The position numbers were made by a program, and so were the translations under genes. Shown piece by piece: positions 37,313-46,714 of a DNA stretch of 64,000 nt; positions within the stretch are counted from its first letter, which is position 1; each line of letters begins with the position of its first letter. Source of the DNA: Bacilli bacterium (lineage in GTDB: Bacteria; Bacillota_I; Bacilli_A; RFN20; CAG-826); NCBI GenBank assembly GCA_045628045.1, contig JAZQOV010000006.1, positions 64,001 through 128,000 of the forward strand, read 5' to 3'. The notes beneath the pieces were generated by a model that ran no database searches, was not told the DNA's origin, and saw nothing but the letters and a program-made list of their open reading frames with translations.

Positions 37313-38755
37313 TCAAGCAGTAGTTTCAATTGATTTTTGTAAGTTGTAAAGCTCGTTATCAAGGGCTTGAACATTCTTATATTGACCTGGGTTTGTACCT
37401 TTATCAACATAGTTGAATACGCCAAGACCTAAGTTTGCGATTGGTGTCCAGAAGTTTTGTGGGACACAGTCTTGAACTCTGAATCCTGGTTTGCCGTTTT
37501 CGTCAACTCTTGCACATTCATCATTTAACGCTTTAATGAATGGGTTTGCAGCGACAACAGGATCTGCTTGAGCTTGTAAATTTGATGGTCCAGCATTTGT
37601 AGCATTGAAACGCATCATTGAGACATCATAACCTGCAAGATATTCAGCAAAGTCATGTAATTGAGCTAAGCTTTCTTCTGACTTTCTTGCATATTTTGAC
37701 CATGGATTAACACCCATAAGTTTATAACCGTTGAATGTTTTCCACATATATTTTGTGCCATCACCACCATATTGAGCACATTTTGCTTCGAGCATTGGTA
37801 ATGATTGACATGCATAATTTTCACCCCAGTTAGTCTTGAGGTTACCGTTATTCCAACAGACAATACCTGCTAATAATTTCTCTTCACCTTCTTTTGAGTA
37901 GGTGTTTGCATATGTGTTGTAGTTGGAATCATCTAAGAAATCAAAGTGTTCATTAATTGATCCATCTTCATTTGTGTATGAGTTAACCATACAACGAATT
38001 GCATCTTCACCGCGTTTGAAATCTCTACGACCATCTACCATGTCATAAGCGAAGTTACAGCTAGATTTTGTTTGTTTGCCTGTTTCTTCATCAAATGAGA
38101 CTTCGTAATCGGCTCCGACACCGAAATACATACCGCATTGATACCAAGCAGTACCTGCTGGCCATACAACTTTAGCAGCACCCCATTTTTCGTGTCCTGC
38201 TTGAACTCCTCTTTCATCAAGAGCAGCGTAAAGATCTCTAAATGTGTAGCCATCAACTAATTTGTCATTGGCTGCATCCCAAATAGCAGTATCTTTGAAT
38301 GCATCTTTATTATAAATAAAGACGAAACCGTTATCAGCAGTGATTGGGTAAGCTAAATACTTTCCGCCAAATTTGCCTGCTTCAACAGCACCAGAGACAT
38401 GTTCTGCTTGAACTCTTGCGAGTCTTTCACCTTGGATTGGTGATAAGGCGCCCATTAAATCAATATCGATTAATTGGTCGTTAGGGAATGTGAAGATTTC
38501 ACCAGCAGCTTCAACGTCCTTGGAAATGTTTCCATTTGCGCCTGCATCGCCTAAAGCAGAGAATTTCACTTCAGCATCAAATTCTGGGTGAGCTTCTTTG
38601 TACTTAGCAGCAGCTTGCAAATAGACTTCTTCGTGTTCAGCAGGGCCCCAAATATTAACAACATTGGATTCTTTGCCACATGAAGATAGGCCCACCATTG
38701 CAGTTACAACTAACCCTGCAAGTGGGAGCGCTTTCAATTTTGAAATACTTTTCAT
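37313..38755 (-). CDS. malE: Maltodextrin-binding lipoprotein (MalE/MalX-like)
   Basis: LSSC lipobox; FTFPNDQ, LAYP, IYNKD, GYKLMGVN; upstream of the permeases. Confidence 0.82.
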   Translation of the reverse strand: MKSISKLKALPLAGLVVTAMVGLSSCGKESNVVNIWGPAEHEEVYLQAAAKYKEAHPEFDAEVKFSALGDAGANGNISKDVEAAGEIFTFPNDQLIDIDLMGALSPIQGERLARVQAEHVSGAVEAGKFGGKYLAYPITADNGFVFIYNKDAFKDTAIWDAANDKLVDGYTFRDLYAALDERGVQAGHEKWGAAKVVWPAGTAWYQCGMYFGVGADYEVSFDEETGKQTKSSCNFAYDMVDGRRDFKRGEDAIRCMVNSYTNEDGSINEHFDFLDDSNYNTYANTYSKEGEEKLLAGIVCWNNGNLKTNWGENYACQSLPMLEAKCAQYGGDGTKYMWKTFNGYKLMGVNPWSKYARKSEESLAQLHDFAEYLAGYDVSMMRFNATNAGPSNLQAQADPVVAANPFIKALNDECARVDENGKPGFRVQDCVPQNFWTPIANLGLGVFNYVDKGTNPGQYKNVQALDNELYNLQKSIETTA

Positions 38756-38773
38756 ACTTTCTCCTTTTGTTGA

Positions 38774-38810
38774 TTGAATATATATTCAAACTGATACTAA
38801 AATTATACCA
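38774..38810 (-). promoter_or_regulatory. malE promoter (TGGTATAAT) with downstream palindrome TTGAATATATATTCAA
   Basis: Extended -10 at 38810-38802; perfect 16-bp palindrome at 38774-38789. Confidence 0.55.
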
Positions 38811-38892
38811 CGGCCAAATAAAAATACGAAATATTTCTTTGAAATATGTAAACATTTCTACTTTTTTCAGAAAAAATAAATATAATAAAATT

Positions 38893-39375
38893 ATGAAATT
38901 AAAAAAATTTAGAATCTCTTATGTTGCCTTAGTTATTGTGCTTATGCTTTTAGCAGTAGGTGCAATTGTTTATACTTTTTTAGCAAGAGCTTTCTCACTT
39001 TACACAAGCACTGGAATGTTTTTTATAAACATTATTAGTTATGGAGCATGTCTTTTCTTCTGTTTCTTTCAACTAAGATTAATTATTCAATCTTTTAGAA
39101 ACGGAACTTTGCTTTTGAACCAAATTTGTTTCACTCCTAATCACAAAAGAAGAAAAATAACCGGCATAATTGCATCGGTTATCTTTCTAATTTCAATTAC
39201 TCAAATTGTTATTTTTCTTCTATTAAGATTTAACATATTTTCTTCAACCAATATAGAAGAATATCTCACTTATGAGTATCTAATTTTCTTCGGCTTTTTC
39301 TTATTTATTGAAAGCTATATTTTATTATCGTATTACGTATTTTTACGTCTAGATGATCAAACATCAGTTAAGTAA
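38893..39375 (+). CDS. Hypothetical 4-TM membrane protein (start revised to 38893)
   Basis: TATAAT 6 nt before ATG; four hydrophobic helices. Confidence 0.7.
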   Translation: MKLKKFRISYVALVIVLMLLAVGAIVYTFLARAFSLYTSTGMFFINIISYGACLFFCFFQLRLIIQSFRNGTLLLNQICFTPNHKRRKITGIIASVIFLISITQIVIFLLLRFNIFSSTNIEEYLTYEYLIFFGFFLFIESYILLSYYVFLRLDDQTSVK

Positions 39376-40077
39376 ATTATAAGAAGCTTCTTGAATTAAA
39401 GTGCCACACGCATTCGTGCTGGCATTTTTAATTTTTGATTCATTATAAACAAGTAAACCTTGTTTATTAATCCACATTTTTTGCGAAGCTAAAATGTTAT
39501 TCCCGCGATCAATATCTAAATATTCAAAGCCAATATTTTCATTTTCTTCGTCAATTTTAACGTAATTAGAAATTTGCTTATATTGATTTATGAAATAGTC
39601 TCCATAATAAAGCCCGCCATAAGGATAACCAGTCCAAGATAGATAAAAAATGCGATTGTAGTAATCTGAAGCTTGATCTAGTGAAATTGACTCTGTATCT
39701 ACTTCATCACTCGATAAATCAGTGATGAGTAATGTTGCACCAGAATCAGAACAATTAATCTCGATTTTTTTATCTTTGTTTTCTAAAGACTGATCACCGC
39801 TATAGGAATAAATTGCAACAATAGAAAAATTAAACTGCGACTCTTTCAAAAAATCACAAGTGATTATGTGCGAAGAATAAACCTTGTTCTCAGAGTTTAC
39901 TTCTTCATAAGTCTCAATAAAATGACCGTTTTTAACGTAGTCAAAAGCATCATAGTAATTAAACTTTTCAAAATATTTCATTACATTAGAAGGTATGGAA
40001 AGTTTCTTTCCACACCCTGATAAAAATAATGTTGGAATAATTAAGATTAATTTATTTAACTGCGATAATCGTTTCAT
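39364..40077 (-). CDS. Hypothetical lipoprotein (start revised to 40077)
   Basis: MKRLSQLNKLILIIPTLFLSGC lipobox. Confidence 0.7.
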   Translation of the reverse strand: MKRLSQLNKLILIIPTLFLSGCGKKLSIPSNVMKYFEKFNYYDAFDYVKNGHFIETYEEVNSENKVYSSHIITCDFLKESQFNFSIVAIYSYSGDQSLENKDKKIEINCSDSGATLLITDLSSDEVDTESISLDQASDYYNRIFYLSWTGYPYGGLYYGDYFINQYKQISNYVKIDEENENIGFEYLDIDRGNNILASQKMWINKQGLLVYNESKIKNASTNACGTLIQEASYNLLN

Positions 40078-42685
40078 ATGGTGCAATAGAAGTTTGCGAT
40101 GAAAGAACCTTGTCTTGATTTAGAGTATCTAAATAAACTTCAAAATTGCTTAAATCAACAGTCTTGTTCGCTGCAATGGTTCCGTTTGCGTGAATAACTC
40201 TATAAGTTTTGCTATTTTCAGTGTCAACAATGTCATAAATAAGAAGTGAATTGTTGTCTTCAAAATAAACATTAATTCCTTGATTTGATCCTGCTCCTAA
40301 ATGCATTCCGTCAATATTTTGCTTAAATTTAAGCAATTTCTTATAGTTTTCAAAAATATCTAAGTTTTTAACTTTTAATGCATAGTTCAATTCGTTTGTT
40401 GCATAACTTGATTGATAAGAGTTGGAATCACCATTCTTAGTTCTTAAGAACTCTTCTCCTGCAAGCATAAATGTTGTGCCTTGAGAAGTAAAGACAAGTG
40501 AGTTAGCAAGCATTGCCATCTTTCTGACTGTCTCTTCATCTTTAGTTCCAGAAACCTTGATTCTATCGTATAAAGTATAATTATCGTGACATGTAACATA
40601 GTTAACGACTTTATTTGGATCACTAATCATCATTGAATCAGTCTTAACCATGCCTTTAATTCCTGCGACTAACTTATTAGCATCATTATCACTAATTTTG
40701 CTTGTGGCATTTGTAATCCAACCTTTAGAACTTCCTGAATTCATACCACCTTTGATTAAAGCATCGCGGAATTGGTCATTAAATGCGCCATAACCAACGT
40801 ATTTATTTCCATTAGCTTGCGCAGCGCTTAATGAAGAATTTAAACCAGATGTTCCACCAGTCCATGGTTCACCATAAATTACGATACCATCGAAGATTTT
40901 CTTTGCTTCTTCATTTACATATTGCATTGTGTCTAAATCATGAAGACCCATTAAGTCAAATCTAAATCCACCTAACTTATAAGTTTTTGCTAAAAAGCAA
41001 ACAGAATCCTTAATGAATTTTCTTGTCATTGCAAGTTCACTAGAGGTTTCGTTTCCGCAACCAGAACCATTGAATAAGGCTCCGTCTTGTGTGTATCTAA
41101 AATAATAACCAGGCATTAAAACATCAAAATTTGAACCTGATGCTCCTGAAACGTGGTTATAAACTACGTCCATAATTATGTTAATTCCTGCTTCGTTATA
41201 TTTTTGAACCAAAGTTCTAAATTCTTTAATTCTCTTATAACCGTCTTTTGCATCACTTGAATACATTCCCTCAAGTGTGTTGTAATTTAAAGGATTATAG
41301 CCCCAGTTAAATGTTTGACCTTTTTCATCATTATCTTGGTCGAAAACTGGCACTAATTGAACAGCATTTACGCCTAATTCTTTAATATGGTCAAATCCTG
41401 TCTTAACAGTAACACCATTTTCGGTGTAGGTTGTTCCTTCTTCATACATTCCAGCAAATTTAGCCTTGTTTGCAGCATTACCATTCCATGTTTTTGAAGA
41501 AGTAACGTCAGCAACATGAGTTTCATAAACAGTTAAAGCTTTACGATCGATGACATGTGGAGAAACTTCATCCCAACCTTCTGGTTTTGCCTCTTCACAT
41601 TCGAAGTCTACAATCATGCCTCTTTTACCGTTAATACCTGTACTTTGTGCGTAAGGATCAACAATCTCTTGATTAGAGAATTTTGAGTTAGTTACTACGT
41701 AAGTATAATATTTTCCGGCTAAATCTTCATTAACTGTGGCTTCAAAAACACCTTTTTCTCCTTTAACCATTTCAACTTCAAGATAAACAGTGTCATTACC
41801 AGTTCCGGAATAAACACTTTTTGGTGTTCCTGATTCATAAATTCTTAATAAAATTCTTGATGAAACTGGAGACCAAACTTTAAAGATTGATTTTTCTTTA
41901 GTGTAAGTAACTCCTAAATCATCACCATTATAGGCAAAAGCTTCGTCAAAGCTGCTTGTTTTATATAAAGCAGTGATCGAAACTTCATTTTCTTTTATTG
42001 TTCCATCAGCAAATGTAACTTTTACAGAATATGAATTATTTAAATCAGCCTTTGATTCACCTGCAAATGAAATAGTTGCTGTTTTAGCACTTGGATTTAC
42101 GTCCATTTCACTTATTAAAACTTTGTTTTCTAAAATTTCAACTTTGCTAAATGGTTGAGTAGCATTAACTGTTATTTTTGTATCTGATATAAAGTCAGCA
42201 CTTATAATGTTTGGCTCTTTATCGAGCGCTTCCGAAGTATAAATCATACGATCTCCTGATTTTAAATAAATGTGGTAAATATTGTTTTCATCTTTAGTAT
42301 ATTTACTAAATTCAACAAATCTGTCGCCATCTGGGTCTTTTTTTGACCATCCACCTTTGCTCTTAACAATAAAGCCAAGTTTAGTGACATTATTTCCGAA
42401 ATCTGATAGAGGATAAGCAGCAATTGCTCCTAATTCATCTTCTCCATTAAATAAGTATTCTTTTCCGTCCATTCCATCAGCCCAAAGCCATAGTGCCCAA
42501 GTAGAATATTTTTTATCTTCTCTCACATAATGGAATGAAATACTATCTTCATCATATTTTGGAGGATCAACGTATTCAGGAAGTGGTTCTTCTTGAGGTT
42601 TATCGATTGGTTGTTCTTGTCCACCTTTACAACCACTTATTACAAGGGTTGATAATAAACATAAAGTAAAATTTCTAAATTTCAT
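40052..42685 (-). CDS. pulA: Type I pullulanase lipoprotein (CBM41-like + CBM48 + GH13)
   Basis: ISGC lipobox; HYVR..W.LWLW (CBM41), FKVWSP, FNWGYNP, FRFDLM, YGEPW, HDN. Confidence 0.92.
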   Translation of the reverse strand: MKFRNFTLCLLSTLVISGCKGGQEQPIDKPQEEPLPEYVDPPKYDEDSISFHYVREDKKYSTWALWLWADGMDGKEYLFNGEDELGAIAAYPLSDFGNNVTKLGFIVKSKGGWSKKDPDGDRFVEFSKYTKDENNIYHIYLKSGDRMIYTSEALDKEPNIISADFISDTKITVNATQPFSKVEILENKVLISEMDVNPSAKTATISFAGESKADLNNSYSVKVTFADGTIKENEVSITALYKTSSFDEAFAYNGDDLGVTYTKEKSIFKVWSPVSSRILLRIYESGTPKSVYSGTGNDTVYLEVEMVKGEKGVFEATVNEDLAGKYYTYVVTNSKFSNQEIVDPYAQSTGINGKRGMIVDFECEEAKPEGWDEVSPHVIDRKALTVYETHVADVTSSKTWNGNAANKAKFAGMYEEGTTYTENGVTVKTGFDHIKELGVNAVQLVPVFDQDNDEKGQTFNWGYNPLNYNTLEGMYSSDAKDGYKRIKEFRTLVQKYNEAGINIIMDVVYNHVSGASGSNFDVLMPGYYFRYTQDGALFNGSGCGNETSSELAMTRKFIKDSVCFLAKTYKLGGFRFDLMGLHDLDTMQYVNEEAKKIFDGIVIYGEPWTGGTSGLNSSLSAAQANGNKYVGYGAFNDQFRDALIKGGMNSGSSKGWITNATSKISDNDANKLVAGIKGMVKTDSMMISDPNKVVNYVTCHDNYTLYDRIKVSGTKDEETVRKMAMLANSLVFTSQGTTFMLAGEEFLRTKNGDSNSYQSSYATNELNYALKVKNLDIFENYKKLLKFKQNIDGMHLGAGSNQGINVYFEDNNSLLIYDIVDTENSKTYRVIHANGTIAANKTVDLSNFEVYLDTLNQDKVLSSQTSIAPYETIIAVK

Positions 42686-42700
42686 AAGTCCTCCAATATA

Positions 42701-42741
42701 AATAAAAAAGCATATGCTAATTATAGCACATGCCTTTTTAT
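42701..42741. terminator. Hairpin between the CBM lipoprotein and pulA
   Basis: GCAT.TGCTA...TAGCA.ATGC flanked by A/T tracts. Confidence 0.6.
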
Positions 42742-42760
42742 AATTAAATTTTTCTTACGA

Positions 42761-43639
42761 TTATAAAACGAATGATGTTGTATCGCCAAGAAGAACGTCG
42801 ACTTCTCCGCCTTCGTTTAAATCAGTAACGGTGATTGATAAGTTTCCACCACCAACTGCTTCGTTAGCAGCTGATTTGTGAGCCCATGTTAATCCTTCAA
42901 CGCCTTCTTCTTCAGCGAGTAATTGGAATTCATAGGTGTCTGCATAAATGCTTTCAAATGTGATTGACCATTTTGTTCTATCTTCATTTGGTGACATTAA
43001 TGAGTTATCAAAACCCCATCCTTGGTGTGAGCCTGCCATGTGGACATTGTATCCTGCTGGAAGTGCTTCTGATAATGTTACAAAGAATGTAACGTTTGCA
43101 AGTGGTGCAGCTGGTGCAAGAACTTGTGTTGACCATCTTTGTGAACCTAAATCAATCTTTTGTGCAACACCATCCCATTCAAAACTTGGGTTTGATGTTC
43201 CTGTTGTTGTTTGATCTGCTTTGTAAGCATCGTTCCATTGAAGTCCTAATTTTGAAGCAGCCATATTTGATGATTCATTATAGCCAAGGACTAATTGATA
43301 GTCGTATGCTCCAGAATCGGCATTGATCCAAGAACTTGGATCTTCAGGTGTGTCAATTTGGACATAGTAGATTCTAGTTTCGCCTAATTTGGTGAAAACT
43401 GGAGCTCCTAATCCTGTTGTCCAGTTAGTCATAACACCTGCTAAGTAAATAGAAGCGTAATCGGCTGGCACAACTGAGTCTTCAGCCATTTCAAAGTAAA
43501 GTGTTGTTTTACCTTCTGCTACTGGCACGACAACATCATCTGCTGGTGATGGTGCTGGTGTTGGTTTCTCTTTTGCTGGACCACAAGCAACAAGTGCGAG
43601 TGCAGCGAATAAAGCTGAAGCTGCAATAGTTTTTTTCAT
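42761..43639 (-). CDS. Non-catalytic lipoprotein with two putative starch-binding (CBM20/CBM48/SusE-F-like) modules
   Basis: LVAC lipobox, Pro-rich linker, duplicated motifs IYLAGVMTNW...YDYQL and VHMAGSHQGW...YEFQL. Confidence 0.65.
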   Translation of the reverse strand: MKKTIAASALFAALALVACGPAKEKPTPAPSPADDVVVPVAEGKTTLYFEMAEDSVVPADYASIYLAGVMTNWTTGLGAPVFTKLGETRIYYVQIDTPEDPSSWINADSGAYDYQLVLGYNESSNMAASKLGLQWNDAYKADQTTTGTSNPSFEWDGVAQKIDLGSQRWSTQVLAPAAPLANVTFFVTLSEALPAGYNVHMAGSHQGWGFDNSLMSPNEDRTKWSITFESIYADTYEFQLLAEEEGVEGLTWAHKSAANEAVGGGNLSITVTDLNEGGEVDVLLGDTTSFVL

Positions 43640-43733
43640 TTCTTTTCCTCCGTATAAAAATTAAATGAAATAAATTTGTTTAAAGAGTAGGCCGTCGATT
43701 AAGTAATAAGTGCTTACAATTTAAACTATTTAA

Positions 43734-43762
43734 ATTATAGAACTACCATTATATATTGTCAA
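43734..43762 (-). promoter_or_regulatory. Consensus sigma-A promoter
   Basis: TTGACA (43762-43757), 17 bp, TATAAT (43739-43734). Confidence 0.85.
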
Positions 43763-43795
43763 TGAGCTTGAGAAAAAACAATTAGATTAATCTAA

Positions 43796-45289
43796 TCAAA
43801 ATAATGACATCATATCAGAATAATCAAGGTTTTCAGTGGATGGAGAAACTTTAAGTTTTTCTTCACAATATGTTTTAAAGAGTAAATTTCCGTTTCGATT
43901 TGACTTAGAAACATCCTTATTTACAAGTGGAAATTGGTTTGTAAACTCTTGGAATTTTTGAACATCCAAATATTTATGAGCGTAATGGTAACAATAAGCT
44001 TCGTAACGTGATTTGTATTCACTAAACAGTGAATATTTTTTTGAGGAACCAGACGACCCTTCAATAATTGCTCTGTAAAATAATGGGTTAACTTGTTCGT
44101 CACTACTAACGATATTTTTGCTTGAAGAATACCAATAATTTTCAGTGTGTATTTCCCAATCTTTTAAAATACCAAAACATCTGTCTAAATCATATTGAAA
44201 TGCAACCATTTTGTTAGTGTCGCTTCTAAAATAAAGATAGTAGTTGTTATAGTTATTTCTCATGTCATCTGGATTACCTATAACCCAACTTAAAGCAGAG
44301 AATCTAATAAATTCATCAACATCCAAAATTTCTTCTAAAGTATCTTTAAATTCTTCTGCAGGACGTTTATCGTCATTAATAATATTAATGAAATTCTCTA
44401 GCAATGAATGGTCTGGTTCTTTATCGTTGGTTTTTAAATCATAAACTGGAGTCCATGATGGAGTTTCAATTCCAACATAATTAAATGAATTTTTTGTTAG
44501 GTCTGCAGGTGAATTCTTATAAGCGCATTTATATAAATTTCCTAATGCTTGATCTTCTTCAAAATGATTAAGCAAAAATGTCTCATCCACCGCTTCCATC
44601 ATGTCAGTTAAAAATGTGACTTGATCTTTTTCGTTTTTAATTGTCATTTTTACAATGTTATCTTTTTGTGAAGGAATTCCTTCTTCTTCATAAATATAAG
44701 ATGCATATGCAGCACGCGTAAAAGTATAATCAAAGTTTTTGTTCCACTTTAAATCAATCTTCTTTTGGCCACCAAGACGTCTATTTTTACGTTCTTTTTT
44801 TGCATCTTTACTTTCCCATTCACGAATGTAGTAATCGTTATCTTCTTCGTCATCAAAAGTTTGGTTAAATGAAAGCTTTAAATTTAGAAACCAACCTTTG
44901 TTTAAAGTGTCATCATCAAAAACAAAACCATTTGTACGTGAAGTATTTCCTTTCATTCTTGCTCCGACTTCATCATAAACAAATGTTTCGTCATTTATTT
45001 TTAAAGTCATTTGGCAAGGATGATACATGTCTCTTTGAATTGTATAGACATTTCCATATTCTTGAAGTTTTCTAAGTGATTCGTTTGAAAAATCCAAAAC
45101 AATTTCTATCTTATTTTTACGATTGTACAATTTATTGTACATTTCATCTTCGTTTTGCAAAGAGTAACGAGAAACTTCAAAAGTAACAGGGTTCACCACC
45201 ACATTTGAATTTCCGCCTGTAGATGTTGTTCTACATGCAGTAAGAAGCGGAAATAAAACTAGTAACGATAACGATTTTTTCTTATTCAT
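43796..45289 (-). CDS. CotH kinase family lipoprotein
   Basis: LTAC lipobox; GARMKGNTSR, LYK, GNPDD...NNYYLY, YDLDRCFG. Confidence 0.82.
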   Translation of the reverse strand: MNKKKSLSLLVLFPLLTACRTTSTGGNSNVVVNPVTFEVSRYSLQNEDEMYNKLYNRKNKIEIVLDFSNESLRKLQEYGNVYTIQRDMYHPCQMTLKINDETFVYDEVGARMKGNTSRTNGFVFDDDTLNKGWFLNLKLSFNQTFDDEEDNDYYIREWESKDAKKERKNRRLGGQKKIDLKWNKNFDYTFTRAAYASYIYEEEGIPSQKDNIVKMTIKNEKDQVTFLTDMMEAVDETFLLNHFEEDQALGNLYKCAYKNSPADLTKNSFNYVGIETPSWTPVYDLKTNDKEPDHSLLENFINIINDDKRPAEEFKDTLEEILDVDEFIRFSALSWVIGNPDDMRNNYNNYYLYFRSDTNKMVAFQYDLDRCFGILKDWEIHTENYWYSSSKNIVSSDEQVNPLFYRAIIEGSSGSSKKYSLFSEYKSRYEAYCYHYAHKYLDVQKFQEFTNQFPLVNKDVSKSNRNGNLLFKTYCEEKLKVSPSTENLDYSDMMSLF

Positions 45290-46703
45290 TTAAAATTCTT
45301 CCTAATTCTTTATCAAAGGTTTTAAGTTCAGTTAATTTAAAAGTCCAGTTAACGTCATTAATAATGCCTGGAATGTTCATTCTGTGAGTGCGGTCAACAT
45401 TTAAAATATCAGAAGCATTAATGATAATGTAGTTCTCTTTTCTACGCAAAGCGTAGTGAATAAGTTTTTCAACCAAATTATTGCCTGGAAGACCAAGTTC
45501 TCCAAATCTCCAATTAAGTTGATTTCTTTCTTCTTCAGTTCTATTTTCGCACCACTCATTAAGTGTTTCGTTGTCATGAGTAGATGTGTAATAAAGCATG
45601 TTTTCTTTTTCGAAATGTCTATTTTGAATTTCATCTTCAAAAATTGTGAATTCAATTTCTCTCATGCCAGGAAGATTAAAGTAATCTCTAAGTTGGAGAA
45701 CTTCTGGACGTAAATCGCCTAAATCTTCTACAACAATGTTAATATTTGGGTAAACTTCATAAAGTCTTCTGAAGAAGCCATAACCATCTGGATAACGCCA
45801 CTCACCTTCTCTAGCAGTCGGACACGTTGGAACAATTGCCCAATAAGAATCGAATGCTCTAAAGTGATCAATACGAATAATGTCAAAGAAGGTAGAAGCA
45901 AAACCAATACGATCAACTAAAGTCTTAAATTTTGTTTCGTAAAGATGTTCCCAATTAAAAATTGGATTGCCCCATCTTTGGCCGTCTTCGCTAAAGTAAT
46001 CTGGAGGCACACCAGCGATACAAGTTGGTTTATCATGATCATCAAGATAGTAACATTCTTTGTGGTAATAAACATCGCTGCTATCGTAGCCAACATAGAA
46101 TGGAACATCGCCCATGATTTCAATACCGTTTTTATTTGCAAATTTACGAATGTCATTCCATTCTTCTGACATAATCATTTGAGCAAATGCGTGTTTATGG
46201 TAATTATATTCATAATCACCAGGTCTATCTTTTTCAAAAACTGTCCAGTTATCCCATGATACTGAATTATTAAATTCTTTTAGGGTAATAAATTTAGAGA
46301 ATTCAGTGACGTAAGGATTATCTTTTATGAATTTTTCAAGCTTAGCCATGTTCTCTTTATTTTTGGAGAATTTTTCGTAAGCATGATAAATAGCTTTTTC
46401 TTTAATTTTGCGAGCTTCTTCGTAGTCAGATTTATCTTTCTGAGGAAGGCCTTTATATTCAGAAATTAATTCTCTTTTTTTAAGGTCTTCAAGTGAAATA
46501 TAAATTTCATCAAAAGCATAAGATGAAAATGGTTGATATGGACTATGTCCATAACCAATTGGATTTAATGGCAAAATTTGCCAAATATTCATCTTATTCT
46601 TTGCTAAAATTTTGATGAAATCTTTTGCTTCTTTTCCAAAGTCACCAACTCCATATTTTCCAGGGAGAGATGAAACAGCAAGTAGAACACCTTTTTTCTG
46701 CAT
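45282..46703 (-). CDS. malQ: 4-alpha-glucanotransferase (GH77)
   Basis: WQILPL, GVPPDYFS..GQRWGNP, RIDHF, EDLG, THDN. Confidence 0.96.
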   Translation of the reverse strand: MQKKGVLLAVSSLPGKYGVGDFGKEAKDFIKILAKNKMNIWQILPLNPIGYGHSPYQPFSSYAFDEIYISLEDLKKRELISEYKGLPQKDKSDYEEARKIKEKAIYHAYEKFSKNKENMAKLEKFIKDNPYVTEFSKFITLKEFNNSVSWDNWTVFEKDRPGDYEYNYHKHAFAQMIMSEEWNDIRKFANKNGIEIMGDVPFYVGYDSSDVYYHKECYYLDDHDKPTCIAGVPPDYFSEDGQRWGNPIFNWEHLYETKFKTLVDRIGFASTFFDIIRIDHFRAFDSYWAIVPTCPTAREGEWRYPDGYGFFRRLYEVYPNINIVVEDLGDLRPEVLQLRDYFNLPGMREIEFTIFEDEIQNRHFEKENMLYYTSTHDNETLNEWCENRTEEERNQLNWRFGELGLPGNNLVEKLIHYALRRKENYIIINASDILNVDRTHRMNIPGIINDVNWTFKLTELKTFDKELGRILNE

Positions 46704-46714
46704 ATTTTTAACCT

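Noticed and set aside
38680-38892. N-terminal extension of the 231-aa + strand ORF
   Set aside because: It overlaps the malE start and promoter; TATAAT-6nt-ATG supports 38893
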